64,000 nt of DNA from Gammaproteobacteria bacterium (lineage in GTDB: Bacteria > Pseudomonadota > Gammaproteobacteria > Eutrophobiales > Eutrophobiaceae), in contig WLWS01000003.1 in NCBI GenBank assembly GCA_012103475.1, positions 399,565 through 463,564 of the forward strand. The letters run 5' to 3'. The number at the start of each line of letters is the position of its first letter. The stretch's first letter is position 1. The notes beneath the pieces are model-generated. The model saw nothing but the letters and a program-made list of their open reading frames with translations. It was not told the origin of the DNA and did no database searches. Positions 8,012-16,904 of the stretch are shown piece after piece. A program made the translations under genes and the position numbers.

Positions 8012-10092
8012 TAATGAGATCTCAATGCGGGCATGATGTGATCAGCAAACAGTTGCTGTGTTCGAAGGCACTGTTCGCGACTCAAATCGCTGAAATGACT
8101 GATAATTATCAGCTCGTCAAACTGGAATTCGTCATAAAGCCCGAGCAGTTGTTGACCCACCTTGTCAGGTGTACCGACAAACACGATATCGTTCTTAATT
8201 AGTTCATCGTAGGTCATACGTTCAATACTATGAATGAAATCCATGGTGTAAAACGCGTAGCCGGCGTTGACCATGCGTTCGCGTTCGGCATCATTTTTCG
8301 GGAAACTATCGTGGTTTGGCTGAGCATTGAATTTAATGAATTTTTCAACACTTGCCTGCGCTTCCCTGTGTGCCTTGTCTTCATCTTCATCCAGATAAAT
8401 CGCCTTGATATAGCCGACGGAAGGTGTGGTTCTGGCTTCGGTGCAGGCATCGCGATAAATTTTTACTGGTTCTATAAATGCACCACTCGGTACGGGGCCG
8501 CCGACGACGATGCCCCATTCTTTCTGGGCCGCCTGAGTAAACCATTTTGCGCTGGTACCGACCTGGTAAATTTTCGGATGTGGATCTTGAAAGGGTTTTG
8601 GTACTACAGCAATGTCATCCACATTGTAGTGTTCGCCGAAATAGGAGAAGCGCTCCCCGATCCAGGCTTTTTGCAGAATCTCCAGACTTTCAACAAACAG
8701 ACCCATACTATCTTCCATTTCGAGGTTGCCCGGTTTACATAACCAGGGATGACCACGACCCACCCCGCATTCGATACGGCCTTTAGTCAGTTGATCAACC
8801 ATGGCAATTTCGCCCGCAAGCACCATCGGGTTGTGCAGTGGCAGGGTATGACACAGCGCTCTGAATTTCAGATTCTCGGTGCGCTCAGCGAGTGCAGTAA
8901 ACACGGCAAGTGGATTCGGATTTACCGCAAATTGCTCATAAAAAGGGTGCTCAAGCGTGGCGAAAACTTCAAAGCCTTTCTTATCGGTGTCTGCGGCGAT
9001 AGCCATGACATCGTCGATTACGTCAGCGTGGTTTTTTCCCGGAGGACATTGAAATTCGGCATAGCTGCCGAAGCGTAAATTATCAGGCATAGTTTTTTTT
9101 CTATTTTTGTAAGTGTCTGAAGGCAGTTGGTGAAAACGAAATTTGTAATACTGTGAGAATTTCCCCGGGTGTGTAAAACCCGAAGCGAATGCCGCGTCAG
9201 TGACTGAGATGTTCTCTCCTGTCTGGCTAAGTAAGCGATACGCGTGGTCAAGTCGCATGTTTCGAATGTAGACAGAAGGTGTAAGCCCCAGCTCTTTCTT
9301 AAAGGCCATTTGTAGTGAGCGAATACTGGATTGCGCAATCACAGCAAGATCTCTCAAGGAGATTGGTTCATGAAAATTCGAACTAATATAATCTTTCACA
9401 TGAACGATTTTGTCAGGGATTCCGGCTTCTGAATAGTCCTGATATATCTGACTATAGGTATGCGGCATTTCAGTGAGAATGCTGCTCAACAGAATTTCTT
9501 CAAGATGCTGATTCAGGCGCTCAGTGTCAAACCAGTGCGGGTGTTCATTCAGATCATGGCATAGACCGATCAATAATCGTCCAAGCGAATGTTCGTCACT
9601 CGATAGAGTTTTAGCGAATGGCAGAAACTCAATAGGAGCTTGCAAAGTAGTGCCGAGCTCCTGCTCAAGAAAGTTATGTAATCTTACTCCGGATAACCTG
9701 AGTGTTAATTGATTATGATTTTCAGAGAGTCGTATTTTTATCGGATCCGTGGGGCTCATCACACAGGCCATGCCAGCCCTAGTATTCATAATATTACCGG
9801 ATTGCAAAAGTTCAGCATTACCCGCCAGAGTAAACTTGATCAGATAGGAGTCATTGGAAGGCAGGGCATTAATATTCACTTCGCTACCATATTGCAGGGC
9901 ATGGATGGATAGCGAGGATAAATTTGCACCGTTATGGCGAAAAGCAACCTGCCGCTTACGATGAGCGAGTTGCAGATCATGAGGCCAGAACAGATCGGAA
10001 AGGTGGGCGCGCGCTTTTTCCAGCCTGGCGGTCTGGAATAGAGGTCGTTGGCACAGCAGTAAATTTTCCGTCTCAATCCGCATAGAATTCAC
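8011..10092 (-). CDS. in-frame fusion ORF: AraC-family transcriptional regulator (N-terminal ~345 aa) plus LLM-class (luciferase-like) flavin-dependent oxidoreductase (C-terminal ~360 aa)
   Basis: 693 aa. The N-terminal half has an AraC_binding_2-like sensor region and a double HTH (ISLRDLAVIAQSSIRSLQMAFKK; VTDAAFASGFTHPGKFSQYYKFRF). From the internal ATG at 9090 the sequence is LLM-like (MPDNLRFGSYAEF..., GRIECGVGRGHPW, ...IISHFSD). No stop separates the halves. An A8 run (T8 at 9093-9100 on the + strand) sits directly 5' of the internal ATG. Confidence 0.75.
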   Translation of the reverse strand: MNSMRIETENLLLCQRPLFQTARLEKARAHLSDLFWPHDLQLAHRKRQVAFRHNGANLSSLSIHALQYGSEVNINALPSNDSYLIKFTLAGNAELLQSGNIMNTRAGMACVMSPTDPIKIRLSENHNQLTLRLSGVRLHNFLEQELGTTLQAPIEFLPFAKTLSSDEHSLGRLLIGLCHDLNEHPHWFDTERLNQHLEEILLSSILTEMPHTYSQIYQDYSEAGIPDKIVHVKDYISSNFHEPISLRDLAVIAQSSIRSLQMAFKKELGLTPSVYIRNMRLDHAYRLLSQTGENISVTDAAFASGFTHPGKFSQYYKFRFHQLPSDTYKNRKKTMPDNLRFGSYAEFQCPPGKNHADVIDDVMAIAADTDKKGFEVFATLEHPFYEQFAVNPNPLAVFTALAERTENLKFRALCHTLPLHNPMVLAGEIAMVDQLTKGRIECGVGRGHPWLCKPGNLEMEDSMGLFVESLEILQKAWIGERFSYFGEHYNVDDIAVVPKPFQDPHPKIYQVGTSAKWFTQAAQKEWGIVVGGPVPSGAFIEPVKIYRDACTEARTTPSVGYIKAIYLDEDEDKAHREAQASVEKFIKFNAQPNHDSFPKNDAERERMVNAGYAFYTMDFIHSIERMTYDELIKNDIVFVGTPDKVGQQLLGLYDEFQFDELIIISHFSDLSREQCLRTQQLFADHIMPALRSH

Positions 10093-10249
10093 TTCAGAAT
10101 CACCCGAGTGCCAGTGTTGACTATCATCAGCCGAAATTCAACCAGCCAGTGCCCGAAAAAGAGCCTGATTTTCGCAAAAGGGATAGTGGCGAGAGCCCAC
10201 GCTTGACTATACTATGATGACTTGACGGGCAGGTATGAGGAGAGAGCCG

Positions 10250-11467
10250 ATGTGTGCAGCAGTTGCTGAAGATAGACGTTGGGCAAAACAATATCCCTGG
10301 CTTGGAGAAGAGCCGATACCCACAGATTCCTGTATTTCTGAAGAAATCTACCAGCAGGAAATCGAAAAGGTTTTTAAGAAAGTCTGGCTGAGTGTAGGGC
10401 GTGTCGAAGAATTGCCCGAACCGGGCTGTTATAAATTAAAACGTCTGGATTTCGCCAGCACCTCAGTCCTGCTGATTCGCGGCAAAGATAACGAGATTCG
10501 TGCTTTTCACAACACCTGTTCTCATCGAGGTAATACCGTCGTCGTGCCAGAGGGAGAGTGGGATAATTTCGGCCAGAAATCCGCTTTCAGTTGTCGCTTT
10601 CATGCCTGGACTTATAACGATCAGGGCGAGCTGATCGGTGCGCAGGACGAGAAGGGTATGCCACCGTGTTTCAACAAGTCAGAAAATGGGCTGACGCCGA
10701 TTAGTCTGGATATCTGGGAAGGCTTTATTTTCATCAATCTGGATGAAAATCCAAAAGTTGGTCTGAAAGACTATCTGGGTAAGATGGGGGATCACTTTTC
10801 CGGCTTCCCCTATGACGAAATCACCCACTGTTTCAGCTACTACACATATATGGATACCAACTGGAAAGTGGGGCTGGATGCCTTCGCTGAGGCCTACCAT
10901 GTGAATACTATTCACGCAGGTTCTTTTCCGGGGACCTTTTCCACCGGTTTGCAGATGATTAAGCTTTACGACGATCATCGGAGCACGGCAGTCTGTTTTA
11001 ACCCACCTAAAAGTGCGCCTCCCGTTGCCGGATTAGCACAATCAAAAGCCCGGGGTTCATTAGTGAACAACGTGGCGGAAACTATTCTGCCACCAACTCT
11101 TAATGACGAAAAACGGGATGATTATGCCTTTGAACTGAGTGTGTTCTTTCCCAACTGGCTTCTGCATGTGTCTGAGGGGATCTGGTTTACTCATCAGTTC
11201 TGGCCAATCGCACAGGGCAAAACGCTTTGGGAAGGCAAGTATTACGTTAAAGAACCTCGCACCAATAGTGAAAAATGGGCGCTTGAACATGCCATGGTGG
11301 TGCAACGAAATGCCTGGCTGGAAGACACTGCGACGATGGAAGGTACTTACTATGCTCTGAAATCAGGTAGTAAGAAATTTATGCAGTTACACGATGAAGA
11401 AATTCTCGTGCGTCATGGCTATCATGTGCTGGAGAAGTATCTCAAGGGCGAAGAGGGTGGTCACTAA
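10250..11467 (+). CDS. Rieske (2Fe-2S) non-haem-iron oxygenase alpha subunit, copy 1
   Basis: Rieske motif CSHRGN...CRFHAWTY. Mononuclear iron region AEAYHVNTIH. The ORF opens at 10235, but the ATG at 10250 follows GAGGAGAG (10237-10244) at good spacing. Paralogue of 13452-14687. Confidence 0.88.
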   Translation: MCAAVAEDRRWAKQYPWLGEEPIPTDSCISEEIYQQEIEKVFKKVWLSVGRVEELPEPGCYKLKRLDFASTSVLLIRGKDNEIRAFHNTCSHRGNTVVVPEGEWDNFGQKSAFSCRFHAWTYNDQGELIGAQDEKGMPPCFNKSENGLTPISLDIWEGFIFINLDENPKVGLKDYLGKMGDHFSGFPYDEITHCFSYYTYMDTNWKVGLDAFAEAYHVNTIHAGSFPGTFSTGLQMIKLYDDHRSTAVCFNPPKSAPPVAGLAQSKARGSLVNNVAETILPPTLNDEKRDDYAFELSVFFPNWLLHVSEGIWFTHQFWPIAQGKTLWEGKYYVKEPRTNSEKWALEHAMVVQRNAWLEDTATMEGTYYALKSGSKKFMQLHDEEILVRHGYHVLEKYLKGEEGGH

Positions 11468-11808
11468 TGGCTGCTCAACTTCCCGATGGTTTTGAAGATA
11501 TGGAAAGCTGGGTTCAGGAATGGGCAATGTCTACGCAAAATCTGCGCTGGGAAAAACGCCTTAGATCGACCGCGGAAGAATTGATTGCTTTCTATCAGGC
11601 AGTTCAGCCCAGGCTGGAAAAAATTCTGGAACACGCGGATCAATATGAAATCGGCAAGTTACCTGAGCCCTCTGCGCGACTCTATTCTCTCGCGCTGATG
11701 GTAGCGGAAATCGCGCCTAACGTTGAACTCTATAATGGTGCACCGGATGTCCCCCACAGTTATGAAGAAATGCGCTTTATTGCTGTTCACGGTAACGATC
11801 CACACTAA
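11467..11808 (+). CDS. conserved small (113 aa) protein of unknown function, partner of the Rieske oxygenase, copy 1
   Basis: Its start overlaps the upstream stop (TAATG at 11465-11469). Clear paralogue of 14689-15033 (DQYEIGKLPE vs DQYEIGNIPE; APNVELY vs APHVELY; RFIAVHG vs RFEAAHG). Confidence 0.6.
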   Translation: MAAQLPDGFEDMESWVQEWAMSTQNLRWEKRLRSTAEELIAFYQAVQPRLEKILEHADQYEIGKLPEPSARLYSLALMVAEIAPNVELYNGAPDVPHSYEEMRFIAVHGNDPH

Positions 11809-11810
11809 GC

Positions 11811-12281
11811 ATGAGTGAGCTCGAAAAGCAGGTTGCCTGGTTAACAGCACTGGAAAAAATCAGACGAGTCATCGCGGTTTATGCGAAAGCAGGCGATGAT
11901 AAAAACAACCCGCAAGTGCTGGCTTCGATTATGTGCGAAAACGCCCATTGGGAATGCGAAGGCTTTGGCAGCTTTGATGGCAGGGCGAAAATCACCGAGG
12001 AACTGTCGAAGGTCGCCGAGGAACGTATTCTCTGGTCACTACATTACCCGGTCTCGCCGATAATCGATGTGAGTGACGATGGCAACAGCGCACATGGCTT
12101 CTGGTGGTTATGGGAATTAACGACCATGTCGATTGACGATAAAAAAGAAGAAAGTAACTGGCTCGGTGCGACCTACGATTGTGATTTTGTACGTGAAGCC
12201 GATGGCTGGAAAATTAGTCATATGGTCTTGACCATTAAAAAGGTGGTCCCTTATTCCGACATACCCAGCGCAGCAGTGTAA
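11811..12281 (+). CDS. SnoaL-like / NTF2-fold protein (possible divergent oxygenase beta subunit), copy 1
   Basis: 156 aa, starting 2 nt after the previous stop. IRRVIAVYAKAGDD..., WSLHYPVSPIIDV, GFWWLWE and DGWKISHMVLTIKK match the SnoaL_4/NTF2-like pattern. Paralogue of 15040-15537. Confidence 0.7.
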   Translation: MSELEKQVAWLTALEKIRRVIAVYAKAGDDKNNPQVLASIMCENAHWECEGFGSFDGRAKITEELSKVAEERILWSLHYPVSPIIDVSDDGNSAHGFWWLWELTTMSIDDKKEESNWLGATYDCDFVREADGWKISHMVLTIKKVVPYSDIPSAAV

Positions 12282-12320
12282 ATTCAACAAGCAATCCTCT
12301 GACTTAAGCAGGAGAAGTAC

Positions 12321-13448
12321 ATGTCAACGAAAGCAGATGAATACATAAAAATTGATCGTAGCAAACAACTCGGTGATGAACAGGATGTCGGTCATAACCG
12401 CTGGCATCCTGACATTAAACCGGTTGCCGAAGTAGAGCCCGGTCAGACGATTGGTATTGAGACCAGAGACGCTTTTGATGGACAGTTTGACGACGACACA
12501 CCGGCTGCGGATGTAGGTTGTTGTAATCTGAACTTGATTCATCCTTTAACCGGTCCGGTATTCATCAAAGGGGCGGAGCCAGGTGATATTCTTGAAGTCA
12601 AAGTTCAGGAAGTTGCGCCCCAAGCTTTTGGTTTTACCGTACAGGTTCCGGGTTTTGGTTTCCTGCGTGATGTCTTCACCGAACCACATATCATTCATTG
12701 GCATATTGCTGACAATAAGGCGATTTCACCTGATTTACCGGGCGTGTGTATTCCCGGAGCCCCTTTTATGGGCGTGATAGGCACCTCGCCATCTCATGAG
12801 TTGCTGGAGCAAATCAATAAACGGGAAACAGATTTGCAGGAAAGAGGCGGCGCCGTGTTGTTGCCAGATACGACTGATGCCGTACCGACTGATGCCGGCA
12901 TCGCCAGCAAAGCGGTTCGTACGATTGCGCCACACGAGAGTGGCGGTAATGTCGACATCAAGCAATTAACGGCAGGCACAACAGTACGCATACCGGTTTA
13001 CACAGAAGGGGCGCTTTTCTCCGTTGGTGATGCTCATTTCGCTCAGGGCGATAATGAAAGTTGCGGAACCGCGGTGGAAATGGGTGCCACCTTTTATGGT
13101 TCATTCAGTTTAAAGAAGGGTGAAGCGAAGAAACGTAATATTAATGATATACAGTTTTACCGTGATGATTACTTCACCTCTCCGGAAATGGCTGTACCCC
13201 AACGTTTCTTCGCGACCACAGGGCAGTCCTATACGAAAGATGGTGTCGCGCACTCGGAAGAAACCACGCTGGCTGCGCGCAATGCTTTGCTGAATATGAT
13301 CGAATATCTGGTGACGGAACGCGGTTACACAGATCAGCAGGCATACGCAATCTGCAGTGTGGCCGTGGATTTGAAAATCTCTGAAATGGTAGATGTCCCG
13401 AATTTCATCGTTTCAGCATTTCTTCCGCTCGATATTTTTACGGAGTAA
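12321..13448 (+). CDS. acetamidase/formamidase (FmdA/AmdA) family amidohydrolase
   Basis: 375 aa. N-terminal ...IKIDRSKQLGDEQDVGHNRWHPDI...GQTIGIETRDAFDGQ, HPLTGPVFIKGAEPGD, ESGGNVDIKQL and GDAHFAQGDNESCGTAVE are typical of this family. Confidence 0.85.
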   Translation: MSTKADEYIKIDRSKQLGDEQDVGHNRWHPDIKPVAEVEPGQTIGIETRDAFDGQFDDDTPAADVGCCNLNLIHPLTGPVFIKGAEPGDILEVKVQEVAPQAFGFTVQVPGFGFLRDVFTEPHIIHWHIADNKAISPDLPGVCIPGAPFMGVIGTSPSHELLEQINKRETDLQERGGAVLLPDTTDAVPTDAGIASKAVRTIAPHESGGNVDIKQLTAGTTVRIPVYTEGALFSVGDAHFAQGDNESCGTAVEMGATFYGSFSLKKGEAKKRNINDIQFYRDDYFTSPEMAVPQRFFATTGQSYTKDGVAHSEETTLAARNALLNMIEYLVTERGYTDQQAYAICSVAVDLKISEMVDVPNFIVSAFLPLDIFTE

Positions 13449-13451
13449 GTT

Positions 13452-14687
13452 ATGGCAGCAGCTAGTGATGAACTGAAAAGGGCAATGCCTTATACCACAA
13501 GGTATCCGGAGCTAGGCACCGGACCGATTGATGTGGCGCCTTTGATCGACCCTGATTTATTTGAATTAGAAAAGGAAAAGATATTCAGGAAAACCTGGCT
13601 ACTGGTCGGGCGCGAAGAGGAGATTCCAGAACCGGGAGACTATAAAGTCAGACAGATCGATGTTGCCTCAACATCGGTCATTGTAGTGCGTGACAAGACT
13701 GGCAAGATAAATGCCTTTCATAATCTTTGTACACATCGTGGTAACAAGATTATTCAGGAAGAGGGAGCGCAGACTACTGGTCGCACGCGCTCTCATTTGA
13801 TGACCTGTCGTTTTCATGCATGGAGTTTTTCCACCGATGGCAAGTTACATGGAGTACCGAAAGAAGAGAATTTTAATAAGCTTGATAAAAACTGCCTTGG
13901 CCTGAAAACCATTCATTGTGAACAGTGGCAGGGTTTTATCTTTATTAACCTGGATAAGACACCTGAGAAGAACCTTGTTGAGTATCTTGAGGGTATGGCC
14001 GATCAATTTGCCGGTTATCCTTATCACGAGTCGACTGTGAGTTATCGCTATTCAACCGTGCTCAATTGTAACTGGAAAGTCGCCATGTACGCTTTCTCCG
14101 AGGGCTATCATGTGCCGACAATACATGCAGCGACTTTACCGAGTCTGGCGAAAATAGAACAAATCGATTATCAGTGTTTTGGACCGCACAGTACCTCAGC
14201 GCTCTATGTGCCACCGGTCGCCGGTATGCAACCCACTCCGGCAACTGGCAATCTGGGTGGACGACTTGTCACTTCCAAACAGCACGGGCCTCATCTGGAT
14301 TTATTACCTGAGAAAATAAACCCTGAGCGTCGCACAGATTTTCAATTTGAATTCCCGGTATTTTTTCCCAATCTGGTCTTGCACCTGGGCGCCGGCAACG
14401 GTTATCCGGGAATGACTTATTTTCACCATCAGTTCTGGCCGCTATCTGTGGGGCAGACGCTCTGGGAAGGCACCAATTATTTCAGGCCACCAAAAACGCC
14501 TAGTGAAAGAGTGGCTATTGCTCATACCAACGCTTTGCATCGAAATGCCTGGCTTGAAGATACCTCGACAATGGAAGACACATACGCGGCACTTTGTTCT
14601 GGTGCCTTGGATGAAATGGTGCTGATGGATGAAGAGATTATGATTCGAAATACCCATCGTGCCTGGCACGAATATATGGGAGTGTAA
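13452..14687 (+). CDS. Rieske (2Fe-2S) non-haem-iron oxygenase alpha subunit, copy 2
   Basis: 411 aa. CTHRGN...CRFHAWSF, SEGYHVPTIH and RNAWLEDTSTMED. Collinear paralogue of 10250-11467. Confidence 0.88.
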   Translation: MAAASDELKRAMPYTTRYPELGTGPIDVAPLIDPDLFELEKEKIFRKTWLLVGREEEIPEPGDYKVRQIDVASTSVIVVRDKTGKINAFHNLCTHRGNKIIQEEGAQTTGRTRSHLMTCRFHAWSFSTDGKLHGVPKEENFNKLDKNCLGLKTIHCEQWQGFIFINLDKTPEKNLVEYLEGMADQFAGYPYHESTVSYRYSTVLNCNWKVAMYAFSEGYHVPTIHAATLPSLAKIEQIDYQCFGPHSTSALYVPPVAGMQPTPATGNLGGRLVTSKQHGPHLDLLPEKINPERRTDFQFEFPVFFPNLVLHLGAGNGYPGMTYFHHQFWPLSVGQTLWEGTNYFRPPKTPSERVAIAHTNALHRNAWLEDTSTMEDTYAALCSGALDEMVLMDEEIMIRNTHRAWHEYMGV

Positions 14688-14688
14688 A

Positions 14689-15033
14689 ATGATGGCCTTA
14701 CTCCCTGAAAAATTTGTGTCACTGAATCCTTTTGTTGAAAGCTGGGCTCTGCCGAACGAGCTTCAACGTTCACAGCAGCGCTGGTCAGCAAGTGAAGAAG
14801 ATTATCGTCGCTTCTATGATGCCATGATGCCCATGCTGGATGAGACTCTTGATTATCTTGATCAATATGAGATAGGTAACATTCCCGAAGAAGCCATAGT
14901 CTTATATCACCTGTCGCTCGCCTTTGCTGAAGCAGCACCTCATGTTGAATTGTACGAATGTGCGAATCAGGTCCCCAACAGCTTTGAGGCGGTGCGTTTT
15001 GAGGCTGCTCATGGCGAACAGATAGACAGTTAA
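14689..15033 (+). CDS. conserved small (~114 aa) protein of unknown function, partner of the Rieske oxygenase, copy 2
   Basis: The ORF is open from 14659, but the ATG at 14689 lies 1 nt after the upstream TAA (14685-14687). Paralogue of 11467-11808. Confidence 0.6.
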   Translation: MMALLPEKFVSLNPFVESWALPNELQRSQQRWSASEEDYRRFYDAMMPMLDETLDYLDQYEIGNIPEEAIVLYHLSLAFAEAAPHVELYECANQVPNSFEAVRFEAAHGEQIDS

Positions 15034-15039
15034 GCTCAA

Positions 15040-15537
15040 ATGCAATTAAGTTTCGAGCAAAGAATCACCCGCCTTGAAGACTATGAGGCGATAAAAGTGA
15101 TTATCGCTACGTTCTCGCGTGGAGCAGATGCCGGATGTGATCCGACGATTTTACGTCCCATTTTTTGTGACGATGCTATTTTCGATATTGGCCAGTTTGG
15201 TGTGCTGGAAGGTGGCGATCACATCGTCAATGAAATGCACAATAACACCGATATTGGATTCAACTGGACTCTGCACTATCTGATTTCTCCGGTCATCGAA
15301 ATTCAGGACGATTTGAATACTGCTCAATGCTTTTACTATCTGTGGGAGACAGCTACGCATCCGACCAAACAGGGAAAGGAAGACAGTTACTGGATTGGCG
15401 GCTGGTACGATGCCACCGCGGTAAAAGAAAAAGACGGAAAATGGCGTTTTAAACACCTGAAGCTCACAGTTAAGTTAATGTCCACCTATGCCGAAGGCTG
15501 GAAGCCAGTGCCCGGTTCATTCGATGAACTCGGCTAA
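15040..15537 (+). CDS. SnoaL-like / NTF2-fold protein, copy 2
   Basis: 165 aa. IKVIIATFSRGADAG..., WTLHYLISPVIEI, CFYYLWE and DGKWRFKHLKLTVK. Paralogue of 11811-12281. Confidence 0.7.
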   Translation: MQLSFEQRITRLEDYEAIKVIIATFSRGADAGCDPTILRPIFCDDAIFDIGQFGVLEGGDHIVNEMHNNTDIGFNWTLHYLISPVIEIQDDLNTAQCFYYLWETATHPTKQGKEDSYWIGGWYDATAVKEKDGKWRFKHLKLTVKLMSTYAEGWKPVPGSFDELG

Positions 15538-15609
15538 ACATTTTTAAGCCGCCTTTCTTTCGCTCTAGCCATCCTCTACACTCTCGTCTTTTTGTAATAG
15601 GAAAGAGGC

Positions 15610-16890
15610 GTGAAAAAAGCACTCAATACTTTCTCAGCAGTAGCCGCCACCGAAGCCATTCAGTCTGGCGCTTGTACTTCAGAGCAACTAGTCCAGAATT
15701 GTCTGGATCGCCTTCAGAGTCGTGAAAATGAAGTGCATGCCTGGCAGTATTTCAACCCTGAGTATGCACTTGAGCAGGCGAGAGATTGTGACAGAACGGA
15801 GCGCAGGAGTGCATTGCACGGTGTACCAGTCGGCATCAAGGACATTATTGATACGGCTGATATGCCCACTGATTATGGCTCGGCGATTTTCAATGCACAT
15901 CAGCCAGAAGCAGATGCTCGATGCATTGAATTATTAAAGAATGCAGGCGCGGTGATTCTGGGTAAAACAGTGACAACCGAATTTGCCTACCTGAACCCCG
16001 GACCAACAAGAAATCCACATAATCTTCAGCATACGCCGGGTGGTTCTTCAAGCGGTTCAGCTGCGGCAGTTGCCGATCAACACGTACCACTTGCTCTGGG
16101 TACCCAGACTGCAGGTTCGATAATTCGACCCGCCAGTTATTGTGGTGTAGTTGCTTACAAACCCAGTTTTGACAGTTATTCCAGCGCTGGTATTCACCCC
16201 TTTGCTCCAAGTCTGGATACCTTAGGCGGCTTTGCACGAAGTGTTGCCGATTTGGGCTTGTTAGCAAATGTATTAGCTAATAAAGAGATAATTGTCGAAA
16301 CTCGCAGACCCAAAAGTATCGCTATGGTAAAAGGCCCGGCCTGGTCAGCGGCTGAAGAGGAGACTCATGAGTTATTTCAATTGATTCATGAATTAATGTC
16401 CAAGAATGACATTAGCGTTCAAGAGGTTCAGCTCCCGCTAGAGTTCGATGAGATTAATGAAGCACAGAGATTTATTCAGCTCAAAGAATGCACTCAGAAT
16501 TTGAACAAATATTATGAAAACACGCCAGACAAGCTTTCTGAAAAATTACGCCTGGATTATGAATATGGAATGACTATTAGCGACAATGATATGAGGCATG
16601 CTTACGAGCTTGTTGAAAATTGTAAAAAAGCTATTAAGACATTGTTTGCTAATCATGAATTGATAGTAACACCGGCTTCAGCCGGAAGTGCGCCATTGGC
16701 GGAATCAGGCACTGGTGATCCTGTATTTAACAGAATGTGGACGGCGATGCATCTGCCCTGTGTCAACTTGCCTGTCTGGCTGAAAAAAAGGAGTCTTCCC
16801 CTTGGTATTCAACTGGTTGGCGAATTCGGACAGGATGCACGAGTGCTGTCAAATGCGCTTTGTATCGAACAGTATCTGAGTAAAAAATAA
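15610..16890 (+). CDS. amidase-signature (AS) family amidase
   Basis: 426 aa with a GTG start after AAAGAGG. Contains the GGSSSGSAAAVA signature plus GVPVGIKD and GTQTAGSIIRPASYCG. Confidence 0.88.
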   Translation: MKKALNTFSAVAATEAIQSGACTSEQLVQNCLDRLQSRENEVHAWQYFNPEYALEQARDCDRTERRSALHGVPVGIKDIIDTADMPTDYGSAIFNAHQPEADARCIELLKNAGAVILGKTVTTEFAYLNPGPTRNPHNLQHTPGGSSSGSAAAVADQHVPLALGTQTAGSIIRPASYCGVVAYKPSFDSYSSAGIHPFAPSLDTLGGFARSVADLGLLANVLANKEIIVETRRPKSIAMVKGPAWSAAEEETHELFQLIHELMSKNDISVQEVQLPLEFDEINEAQRFIQLKECTQNLNKYYENTPDKLSEKLRLDYEYGMTISDNDMRHAYELVENCKKAIKTLFANHELIVTPASAGSAPLAESGTGDPVFNRMWTAMHLPCVNLPVWLKKRSLPLGIQLVGEFGQDARVLSNALCIEQYLSKK

Positions 16891-16904
16891 ATACTTTTGA
16901 ATAT

